The position numbers and the translations under genes are program-made. From assembly GCA_043821645.1 (NCBI GenBank), contig JBDRCO010000005.1, forward strand, positions 1 through 54,976: 54,976 bases of DNA. The letters are read 5' to 3'. This DNA comes from Pseudomonadota bacterium. Its GTDB lineage: Bacteria > Myxococcota > JACRCW01 > JAFGSX01. Positions 31,000 through 40,096 of the stretch are shown here, piece after piece. Under the pieces are notes generated by a model that worked only from the letters and a program-made list of their open reading frames with translations, had not been told where the DNA came from and searched no databases. Within the stretch, counting starts at the first letter, position 1. Each line of letters starts with the position of its first letter.

Positions 31000-31254
31000 T
31001 CATCGCGCTCGCTTCGCGGCTCGTGGCTGCGCGGTGGAGGTGATCACACCCCGAGTGTCAAGCGCGGCGGTGGCGCGACTCTCGGCTTCAACCCAGCGCC
31101 GTTCGAGACTTTCCTGCGTCTCTCGCAACACCACCCGGATCGCCATCAAGGCTTTGCGCGATATCTGCCTCGGGTTCGAGCTCAAGCGCGAGGCCCTGTC
31201 AAAGGCCGCCGCGATGAGATCGCCCAGCGAGGCCGTCCTGAGTCGCTCCTTCAT
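31000..31254 (-). CDS. Small hypothetical protein (84 aa)
   Basis: ATG 31254 follows AGGAGA. MKERLRTASLGDLIAAAFD. First gene downstream of a sigma54-type promoter. Confidence 0.6.
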   Translation of the reverse strand: MKERLRTASLGDLIAAAFDRASRLSSNPRQISRKALMAIRVVLRETQESLERRWVEAESRATAALDTRGVITSTAQPRAAKRAR

Positions 31255-31344
31255 GCCGTCTCCTGCCACAGGCTCGTGTGCTCGACGATGCTGACGAGGC
31301 CCACCACCCTGTCGTGGGCAGGCACACTGCGCCTCCATCGGTGC

Positions 31345-31360
31345 AGCACTATTCGCGCCA
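31345..31360 (-). promoter_or_regulatory. sigma54 -24/-12 promoter
   Basis: Minus strand TGGCGCGAATAGTGCT (GG-N10-GC). IHF-like AATCAAGGGGTTC at 31368-31380. Activator-site palindrome CATCAAATTGAAC at 31427-31439. Confidence 0.65.
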
Positions 31361-31485
31361 TCGAGGCGAACCCCTTGATTTGTTTCGCGCGAGATCCCAC
31401 AACAAGCCGACCCGGAGCGTCGACTCCATCAAATTGAACCCCAGTTCCTGGAGCGTTTCGCGCAGGGAGCGACAGGGCTGCAGAC

Positions 31486-31830
31486 CTAGCGCATGCAATA
31501 GGTCGAGCGCTGGTCGCTGTTGTCCTTGGTGACGGTCGCCGGCACGCCGTCGACCTGCTGGCAGGAGTAGCCCTCTTCACACTTCGGGTGATTTTCCCCG
31601 CAGGGGCGCGTGCAGTACTTCTGCTTCTTCAGGCAGATCCAGCCGTCATAGCGGTTGACTCCGCAATCGGCGTCGCAGGCCGTTCCCATGCTGTACTCGG
31701 ACCGATCCGTGCCGCTCATCAGCCAGGCAGTGAGGCCAGCACCGGCCACCGCTGCGACGAGCACGGCGATGATGAGAGTGCGCTTCTTGGATTGTGCGGA
31801 TTGCAGTTCGTTGACTTCCTGGCCTGCCAT
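31486..31830 (-). CDS. Small single-TM protein with an 8-Cys exported domain
   Basis: RBS AGGAGG. KKR followed by hydrophobic TLIIAVLVAAVAGAGLTAWL. Eight Cys in the C-terminal ~65 aa. Confidence 0.75.
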   Translation of the reverse strand: MAGQEVNELQSAQSKKRTLIIAVLVAAVAGAGLTAWLMSGTDRSEYSMGTACDADCGVNRYDGWICLKKQKYCTRPCGENHPKCEEGYSCQQVDGVPATVTKDNSDQRSTYCMR

Positions 31831-32053
31831 GTCAGTCCCCTCCTGCGCAGTGAGCCTTCACGTGCTGCGCGTGGCTGCTGTCTTCTTCTCTCGGCCTGGC
31901 CGGCTCCCCCTTAGTGAGAGGCTCCGCGGCCATCACCTCCAGCGTCCGTGTGCGTTTGACGTCCGTCCATCCCACGCTCCTGCCGGCCGTCTCATGCTGG
32001 GTGTTTCCTGTGCTGGCACGGACCAGCGTTGGGAACTCCCCCCCCGTCTGTGA

Positions 32054-32069
32054 AGCAGCTTTCGAGCCA
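32054..32069 (-). promoter_or_regulatory. sigma54 -24/-12 promoter
   Basis: Minus strand TGGCTCGAAAGCTGCT. Confidence 0.65.
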
Positions 32070-32145
32070 TGGCTGAAAACCCAGTAAAGATGGGACCTCG
32101 AGTTCGAGCGAACGTCACCACGGTCAGTTCGAAGCGCGCAATGTC

Positions 32146-32179
32146 CATCAATATGAACTGTCCACCCATCATAGTGAGT
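32146..32179. promoter_or_regulatory. Tandem activator-binding palindromes (putative UAS)
   Basis: CATCAATATGAAC (32146) and CATCATAGTGAGT (32167), 21 bp apart. Confidence 0.6.
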
Positions 32180-32359
32180 GGTCTGCAGTGGCTCATCCCG
32201 GATCCGCACGAACGGGATGGATCCGGCGAGGTCCGGACGCAGGGGGGCATCCCGCTGTCGAAAAAGCAGGGCGCCACAGAGCGGTCTTGGTCCCGATGAC
32301 CCTTGCGGTTGAGTCCAGGCGGGCCGCAACCGGAACCCATCAATACAGCCCGGCGCTTT

Positions 32360-33163
32360 TCAATATCCCACGCTATCTCGGCTGGGCTTCGAGGTCGCCG
32401 TCCCTTCCGACGGCTCGGGGTTGTCCCAGTACACCTGGCGCCCGTAGTACTCATACAGGCGTCCCTCGTACTCGCGGTTGATGGTTGCGGTCGCGTTCCA
32501 CCGGGGACTGCTCTTGATCGCCTGTCGCGACATCGCGACGAAGACTTTCTTCTCCTTCCGGCTGATGACGCTCGCCCAATGCGGGGCCACCAGCACCTTC
32601 TGGCCAAACCACCAGTTGCGGGTGTCGATCACCAGGTAGCGGATCTCCCAGGTCGCGTCGTCGACGATGAAGTCCGAGACATGCCCGATGGGCTCGTCTT
32701 CACCCTGGATGTGATAGCCGCGGACCTCGGCCGCACTGCGCACGCGGGAGCTGCTCGCCGAACTGTCGAGACGCTGGAGGACCGTCTGCCTGGCAGCCGG
32801 CGGGCGCGGACGAGGCCCGAGGCTGTAGCGATTCGAATCCTTCCAGTATGGCGAATAGCCGTAGTAGCTGAGGTATTCCAACTCGGCTGGCCGCGAGAGG
32901 GAATCGGCAAGGTCGACGGGCGGGCTGTGCTGGACCCTGTCCATGGTCAAGTCCACATGAAAGCGCTGGGTCTGCCACTCGACCGAGCCGAAGGAGATGG
33001 GCGAGATCAGGACTCGCTGCCCGTTGAGAAAAACGCCGGTCTCGACGACCAGGTAGCGAACGACCCAGCGCTCGTCGTCGAGTAAGAAGTTCACCACGGT
33101 TCCCATGTCGCCGTCTGTCGCGCTCACCGTGTAGCCCTCGAGATCTTTCAGGCATCGCAACAT
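32360..33163 (-). CDS. Tandem PRC-barrel domain protein
   Basis: Two repeats: GYTVSATDGDMGTVVNFLLDDERWVVRYLVVETG and GYHIQGEDEPIGHVSDFIVDDATWEIRYLVIDT. ATG 33163 follows GAGGA. Confidence 0.88.
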   Translation of the reverse strand: MLRCLKDLEGYTVSATDGDMGTVVNFLLDDERWVVRYLVVETGVFLNGQRVLISPISFGSVEWQTQRFHVDLTMDRVQHSPPVDLADSLSRPAELEYLSYYGYSPYWKDSNRYSLGPRPRPPAARQTVLQRLDSSASSSRVRSAAEVRGYHIQGEDEPIGHVSDFIVDDATWEIRYLVIDTRNWWFGQKVLVAPHWASVISRKEKKVFVAMSRQAIKSSPRWNATATINREYEGRLYEYYGRQVYWDNPEPSEGTATSKPSRDSVGY

Positions 33164-33218
33164 GGGCTGTTTCCTCGCTCCTCCCCGGCGAGAGGGACGC
33201 CCAAGCAGCCTCGCGAAG

Positions 33219-33234
33219 TGCACGAACAATGCCG
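33219..33234 (-). promoter_or_regulatory. sigma54 -24/-12 promoter
   Basis: Minus strand CGGCATTGTTCGTGCA, ~55 bp upstream of the PRC-barrel start. Confidence 0.55.
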
Positions 33235-33306
33235 CTGGGTTTGAAGCGAGAGGCGTCCCAAAAAACCCTGGTGTCCTTGTTTTCAGAATCGGCGGGCGCG
33301 GCGCTC

Positions 33307-33341
33307 CACCATTTTGATGCATGAACACAGTCATTTTGATG
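33307..33341. promoter_or_regulatory. Tandem activator-binding palindromes (putative UAS)
   Basis: CACCATTTTGATG (33307) and AGTCATTTTGATG (33329), 22 bp apart. Confidence 0.6.
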
Positions 33342-33699
33342 CCGCTGGACGGATGACACTTCGCTGGCCGCGGCAAGGCCTGACGGCCGTCGCGATGATC
33401 ACTGGACTTCCTGGCCGAGGTCGAGCCTGGCGCGGCAGTTGCTTGATTCACGTCCACCGCAGGGGGGATCGCTCATGCTGCTTGAAAACGCACCACGCGA
33501 CGGGTGCCAGGTCGAAGCAGACTCTCTGTGCGCGGCACCGAGCCTCATCGGGCATGCGCAGGCTGGCGACGTCAAGCCACCCGGCGACCGCCCGCTGCAG
33601 CCCTGTGATGTCCGCCATCTCGGTGGCACGGCGGCCTATCTGCACGGTCTGGATTCTCCAGCCGTGAACTGGATGCAACTCAGAGAAAGGACCGTCGTC

Positions 33700-33855
33700 A
33701 TGAGGCAAGCAGAAGCGGGCAAGGGCGGCTGGCTGGGTACCGGGGTGTGGGCCTGGACGGTCATCAGCCAGCTGGTGATGGTGATGCTGGTCGTGGTCTC
33801 CGCCAAGCTGCTCGACGACGGAAGCAGTGGTTCGCAAGCACTCCGCGAGGAATAA
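33700..33855 (+). CDS. Putative small membrane protein (51 aa)
   Basis: ATG follows GAAAGGA. One hydrophobic segment VWAWTVISQLVMVMLVVVSA. Ends 22 bp before the DUF302 gene. Confidence 0.4.
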   Translation: MRQAEAGKGGWLGTGVWAWTVISQLVMVMLVVVSAKLLDDGSSGSQALREE

Positions 33856-33877
33856 GCCCGGTCGAAAAGGGAGCCGC

Positions 33878-34264
33878 ATGTTGATCAAGGTATCCACGGA
33901 CAAGACAGTCAGTGAGACTGCCACGGCCTTGCATGAGGCCGTGCTCGCCAATCACTTCGGGGTATTGCAGATCCACAACCTGCAGCACACCCTGGCCAGC
34001 AATGGCGTCGACTTCACCCGTGAGTGCCTCATCTTCGAGGTCTGCCAGCCACAGCAGACCAAGCGGGTCCTCGACGAGGACATGGCTGTCTCCGCCGCAC
34101 TGCCAAGCCGCATCTCCATCTACGAGCAGGGTGGCGCAACAGTCCTGGCCACCCTGCAACCAACCACCTTGATGGCAATGTTCAACACACCACCTCCGCT
34201 CGAACTGATGCAGGACGTCGAGGACAGGGTGGTGAGAATTCTCAAGCAAGCGGCGGCCGCCTGA
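33878..34264 (+). CDS. DUF302 domain protein
   Basis: FGVLQIHNLQHTL, IFEVCQPQQ, AALPSRISIYE. RBS AAGGGAG. Confidence 0.85.
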   Translation: MLIKVSTDKTVSETATALHEAVLANHFGVLQIHNLQHTLASNGVDFTRECLIFEVCQPQQTKRVLDEDMAVSAALPSRISIYEQGGATVLATLQPTTLMAMFNTPPPLELMQDVEDRVVRILKQAAAA

Positions 34265-34343
34265 AGACTGAATGCGTCTCCGACCGAATCGCTTTGAGTG
34301 AGCTCGTGGTTGCTGGCAGGGGGCGCACAAGGCGCTTTTCTCC

Positions 34344-35051
34344 TCAAGCTTCGTTGAAATCGAGATCGACCATCAGCGGCAGATGGTCCGACAGGTCCTG
34401 CCAGGGCGCTCCGAACAACCGCTCGGCGCGACGCATCGCCAGATGGTGCAGGTAGACGCGATCCAGGTTGAACACGGGTCGGCGCGCATGCCAGGACCTC
34501 ACCTCGCGGGCACGGTGCGCGGCAAAAGCATTGCGGAACCCGAGCTGACCGGAGATGACCTGATCCAGGCTTCGCCGCCAGTCGTTGAAGTCCCCGGCGA
34601 GGATCACCGGCTCTCCCACAGGCACCGTCGCGGCGAGCAGCTCGGCAATCCGGCGCACCTGCTTCACGCGCTGCAGGTGGTTGAGCCCCAGGTGCACGTT
34701 CAGCACGTGCAGCGCACGACCGTCGACATCGAGACGGGTGTACAGCACGCCGCGCCGTTCGAGGCTGTTGGTGGACACGTCGTGGTTCTGGGATGCCAGC
34801 ACCGGGTAGCGGGTGAAGGTGGCATTGCCATGGTGGCCCAGCTTGCGCAGGCGATTGGCGCCGTAGCATGCGGGGAGACCGACCAGCGCGGCCAGCTCGT
34901 CGCTCTGCGCCACCCCCCGCCGGGTGTCGTGAAACACTTCCTGGCACAGCAGCAGGTCCACGTCGTGCACGGCCAGGGCAGTACCCAGGTCCGCAACCTG
35001 AAACGGGGCGCGGCCGCTGGCGCCCTTTCCCTTGCGGATGTTGTAGGTCAT
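34344..35051 (-). CDS. Endonuclease/exonuclease/phosphatase family protein (YbhP-like)
   Basis: TYNIRKG, LCQEV, HHGNA, ERRGVL, NVHLGL, AGDFNDW, LDRVY, LSDHLPL. A CTG start at 35060 is possible. Confidence 0.88.
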   Translation of the reverse strand: MTYNIRKGKGASGRAPFQVADLGTALAVHDVDLLLCQEVFHDTRRGVAQSDELAALVGLPACYGANRLRKLGHHGNATFTRYPVLASQNHDVSTNSLERRGVLYTRLDVDGRALHVLNVHLGLNHLQRVKQVRRIAELLAATVPVGEPVILAGDFNDWRRSLDQVISGQLGFRNAFAAHRAREVRSWHARRPVFNLDRVYLHHLAMRRAERLFGAPWQDLSDHLPLMVDLDFNEA

Positions 35052-35313
35052 GACGCGCAGCGGTTTTCTCTCCGTGGCGAGCGCAGCCGCCGGGCTGTCA
35101 TTTCAGGATGACTTGCCCACTTTTTCTCGGACCGCGTCCTTGCCGAAGCCGAGCGTCTGTTGAACAAGAGCGTAGAGTTTTTAGCTCGAATCCTCGGTCA
35201 ACTCCGGGCGGTCGCGTGCGATCGCGCCACGGGCCGAGCTTGCCTGGGCCTTGGCCATATCGTTCTTTGTCCCGGCCTGACGCTGGTACATGTCCCCCCG
35301 TCCTTCTGAACCT

Positions 35314-35484
35314 TCAGCGCTTCATGGCTTCCGCAGGCCTGCGCCAGGAGCCCTTGACGATGCGCACGAGGAGCAAGGCCACCGCAGCGGCGATCAGCAC
35401 GTGGATGTATCCGCCCAGGGTGTAGGCCGTGACCATTCCGATGACCCAGAGCAAGAGGAGAATGATGGCGATGGACCACAGCAT
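35314..35484 (-). CDS. lmo0937/DUF5670-family small membrane protein (56 aa; absent from the ORF track)
   Basis: Manual translation: MLWSIAIILLLLWVIGMVTAYTLGGYIHVLIAAAVALLLVRIVKGSWRRPAEAMKR. Confidence 0.85.
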   Translation of the reverse strand: MLWSIAIILLLLWVIGMVTAYTLGGYIHVLIAAAVALLLVRIVKGSWRRPAEAMKR

Positions 35485-35502
35485 GATCGCAGTTCCGTGA
35501 TG

Positions 35503-35778
35503 CTAGTTCTTCATGTCCTTGAAGGCGTGCTCGAGATCCTTCCATGCGCTGTCGACGCCGCCCCTCAAGGTTTGCCACTTCTCGCTGCCGGCGGCCTTGA
35601 GCTCGTCGATCTTCAATTGAGCCGAGTGGTACTTGGCCTGTAAATCACTGACGTGCCTGCGCCGAACAAACGTGGCATCGGCGCCGGCCGCATCCACCTT
35701 GGCCACGAGCGCATCGAGGGTCTCGCCCCAGTGCTTGAGCTGGGTCTCCAACCTGTCGATGTGGGCTTGCATATTCAT
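35503..35778 (-). CDS. Small coiled-coil protein (sll1863-like stress protein)
   Basis: IDRLETQLKHW...KIDELKAAGSEKWQTLRGGVDSAWKDLEHAF. RBS GAGGA. Confidence 0.8.
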   Translation of the reverse strand: MNMQAHIDRLETQLKHWGETLDALVAKVDAAGADATFVRRRHVSDLQAKYHSAQLKIDELKAAGSEKWQTLRGGVDSAWKDLEHAFKDMKN

Positions 35779-35855
35779 GAGCGTCCTCGTTGCGTTCTGG
35801 CCCGGCGGGCCGACGTGCACGGGTCCAGGACCGGCCACACGTCAGGGTCTGCAAG

Positions 35856-35871
35856 AGCAGCTTCCGGGCCA
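35856..35871 (-). promoter_or_regulatory. sigma54 -24/-12 promoter
   Basis: Minus strand TGGCCCGGAAGCTGCT. IHF-like AATCGAACAGTTG at 35889-35901. Confidence 0.7.
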
Positions 35872-35933
35872 GGGATGCGACTGAAAGAAATCGAACAGTT
35901 GCGTCCCGGACTGGCAGGTGTGCGGGCCCGGTC

Positions 35934-35968
35934 CATCAGGATGACGCCCTGTCGCCATCAGATCGACG
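35934..35968. promoter_or_regulatory. Tandem activator-binding palindromes (putative UAS)
   Basis: CATCAGGATGACG (35934) and CATCAGATCGACG (35956), 22 bp apart. Confidence 0.6.
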
Positions 35969-36086
35969 CAGAATGGGCGCCGGGGGATGGCTGGCGAGAA
36001 GGCACAGCGGCCCGGGTCGCGGGAGTCCAGAAACGCCAGCCTCGCGTCCGCCGGTGTGCGCCGTACCGTGCGCCGCCTGGGTCTGT

Positions 36087-36848
36087 TCACGCGTACAGCT
36101 CGCGGCGCTCGCAAGGCTCGGCCCCGCCATCATAGATGATTCGCATCTTCTTGATGAGCCGCAGCTCGAGCAGGCGAGCGCCCTCGCGACTCATATCGAG
36201 CTCGTCTCCGATCTCGCTCAGGGTTGCGGGATCGTCCCGGAGCAGGCGCTTGTGGATCACCACCTCGGCACGCGCGTCTCCAAGCTCGTCGAGGGACTTG
36301 AGGATCACCTGCCGCAACTGCCTGCGAACCTGCCGCTGCGACACCAGCGCTTCAGGTGTGCCGACCTCACTGGCCAGGTTGTTGCCGAGCGTCTGGTCCG
36401 AGTCCTCACCGATGGGTGCGTCGATCGAGACGGTGCGCAGGAGTGTCCGCCGCTCGGCGTGACCCCGACTCTGGCCCCCGGAATAGGCGACCGAGGCGGG
36501 TGCCGCGTACTGGTGCGAGCGCAACCAGGCCATGTGACGCTGCATGTGAGACCGTATCCAGAAGGCCGCGTAGGTCGAGAAGCGGACCTTGCGCTCCGGC
36601 TCAAAGGTCTGCGCCGCGCGCATCAGGGCCAGGCTGCCTTCCTGGATCAGATCGTCATAGCTGCCGCCGCGACGGGCATACGTGCGTGCGATGCGCTTGA
36701 CCAGGCCCAGGTGGCTCTCGACCAGAGCGTTGCGTGCGTCGACGTCGTCGAGTTCGCGGGCGCGGTAGCCGAGTTCAGCCTCGAGCTGCGAGTCCAGGCC
36801 ATGCGTCGCGCTGGCTCGTGCCGCGTTCTGTGTTCTGTGCCACAACAT
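36087..36848 (-). CDS. Alternative sigma-70 family factor, RpoH/sigma32-like, shortened
   Basis: Region 2 RNALVESHLGLVKRIA..DLIQEG..RFSTYAAFWIR. VSIDAPIGED. Region 4 TLSEIGDELDMSRE. ATG 36848 follows GGAG. Confidence 0.88.
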   Translation of the reverse strand: MLWHRTQNAARASATHGLDSQLEAELGYRARELDDVDARNALVESHLGLVKRIARTYARRGGSYDDLIQEGSLALMRAAQTFEPERKVRFSTYAAFWIRSHMQRHMAWLRSHQYAAPASVAYSGGQSRGHAERRTLLRTVSIDAPIGEDSDQTLGNNLASEVGTPEALVSQRQVRRQLRQVILKSLDELGDARAEVVIHKRLLRDDPATLSEIGDELDMSREGARLLELRLIKKMRIIYDGGAEPCERRELYA

Positions 36849-36899
36849 GAAAAGCTCCACACCGGCTGAGTTGATGAGCGGTTTGGACAGACCTGTCGA

Positions 36900-36915
36900 A
36901 GCAACAGTCGGGCCA
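36900..36915 (-). promoter_or_regulatory. sigma54 -24/-12 promoter of the sigma-factor gene
   Basis: Minus strand TGGCCCGACTGTTGCT, one mismatch to the consensus TGGCACG-N4-TTGCW. Confidence 0.8.
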
Positions 36916-37022
36916 GGGGTGCGAAACGGCGCGAAGACCGGCATGACAGCTTCTCTGCCCCCTGCGCGGGCCGAGTACTCACCCGCAATGGCGGTTCGCG
37001 GTCAGTTGGGGCTTGCGTATCC

Positions 37023-37056
37023 AATCAAATTGGAGTGCGGTGCAATCAGTTTGATG
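37023..37056. promoter_or_regulatory. Tandem activator-binding palindromes (putative UAS and autoregulatory operator)
   Basis: AATCAAATTGGAG (37023) and AATCAGTTTGATG (37044), 21 bp apart, ending 11 bp before the activator start codon. Confidence 0.65.
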
Positions 37057-37067
37057 GGGGGTGAGCG

Positions 37068-38714
<1,647 letters not shown>

Positions 38715-38889
38715 CAAGAAGCCTCCACACCGGCGCCGGGCCCATCCGGCCAGGCGTGTCCCCACCCTCCCCGAGAGGGTTCGACGGCTCCGGTTGCGGG
38801 CTGTGCCCCCGCGACAGCACCGGCCTGTTGTGGCATGCTGCGCCGGATCGCGCGACGCCCATGCCCCGTCGCCACCCGAGGACACAGCC

Positions 38890-40086
38890 ATGGCACACGA
38901 CACGATTCACTCCCTGATCGACACCCTCGCGGGCAAGAAGGCCCCCCTGTACGAGCAGGACTTCCTGCTGACCTGGGACAAGAGCCGCGACGAGCTCGAC
39001 GCGGTGCTGCTCACTGCCGAGATCCTCGAAGAGATGTGGAAGGCCAACATCTCGGCCCGGGTGTTCGACGGCGGCCTGGCCGTGAGCATCTTCCGCGACC
39101 AGTCCACCCGCACCCGCTTCAGCTTCGCCTCGGCCGCCAGCCTGCTGGGCCTGTCGGGCATGGACCTCGACGAGAAAAAGAGCCAGATCGCCCATGGCGA
39201 GACCGTGCGCGAGACCGCCAACATGATCTCGTTTCTCACCGAGGTGGTCGGCATCCGCGACGACATGTTCATCGGCCAGGGTCACGAGTACATGAAGGAG
39301 GTCGGCGACTCGATCACCGAGGGCCACCGCGCCGGCGTGCTGCCCCAGCGCACCACCCTGGTCAACCTGCAGTGCGACCGCGACCACCCGACCCAGAGCA
39401 TGGCCGACCTGCTGCACCTGCAAAAACACTTCGGCTCGCTGGACGCCCTGAAGGGCAAGAAGATCGCCATGACTTGGGCCTACTCGCCCAGCTACGGCAA
39501 GCCCCTGAGCGTGCCCCAGGGCATCATCACCCTGATGACCCGTTTCGGTATGAAGGTCTCGCTGGCCTACCCCAAAGGCTACGACCTGATGCCCGACCTG
39601 GTCGAGAAGTCCGGGCAGCACGCAAAGCACAGCGGCGGATCCTTCGAGGTCGTCGACAGCATGGCCGCGGCCTTTGACGGCGCCGACGTGGTGTATCCCA
39701 AGAGCTGGGCACCCTTCGAGGTGATGAAGGAGCGCACCGAGCTGCTGACCACGGGGCGTGGCAAGGAACTCGACGCCCTCGAGAAGAAGTGCCTGGAGCA
39801 GAACGCGGCGTTCAAAGGCTGGGAGTGCACCGACGCGCTGATGAAGAAGACCCAGGGCGGCAAGGCGCTGTACATGCATTGCCTGCCCGCGGACATCACC
39901 GACGTCAGCTGCAAGGCGGGCGAGGTCAGCAAGGATGTGTTCGAACGCTACCGGCTGCCCACGTACCACGAGGCGGGCCACAAGCCCTACGTGATCGCGG
40001 CCATGATGCTGACCAGCCGCTTCCAGGATCCCGCGGCGGTGCTGAAGAGCCTGGTCGAGCGCGGGCGGCCGCGACGTCTGGGCTGA
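38890..40086 (+). CDS. ygeW: Knotted carbamoyltransferase YgeW
   Basis: DFLLTW, FRDQSTRTRFS, SQIAHGETVRETANMISF, NLQCDRDHPTQSMADL, MTWAYSPSYGKPLSVPQG, YPKSWAP, YMHCLPADI match E. coli YgeW as recalled. Confidence 0.93.
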   Translation: MAHDTIHSLIDTLAGKKAPLYEQDFLLTWDKSRDELDAVLLTAEILEEMWKANISARVFDGGLAVSIFRDQSTRTRFSFASAASLLGLSGMDLDEKKSQIAHGETVRETANMISFLTEVVGIRDDMFIGQGHEYMKEVGDSITEGHRAGVLPQRTTLVNLQCDRDHPTQSMADLLHLQKHFGSLDALKGKKIAMTWAYSPSYGKPLSVPQGIITLMTRFGMKVSLAYPKGYDLMPDLVEKSGQHAKHSGGSFEVVDSMAAAFDGADVVYPKSWAPFEVMKERTELLTTGRGKELDALEKKCLEQNAAFKGWECTDALMKKTQGGKALYMHCLPADITDVSCKAGEVSKDVFERYRLPTYHEAGHKPYVIAAMMLTSRFQDPAAVLKSLVERGRPRRLG

Positions 40087-40096
40087 GGCCGCCCCG

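Noticed and set aside
33624-33644. sigma54 promoter for the DUF302 unit
   Set aside because: TGGCACG lacks a -12 element. The alternative CGGCGGCCTATCTGCA fits the spacing but is too weak to call.
38831-38846. sigma54 promoter for ygeW (TGGCATG...)
   Set aside because: No GC at the required 10-nt spacing and no UAS pair nearby.
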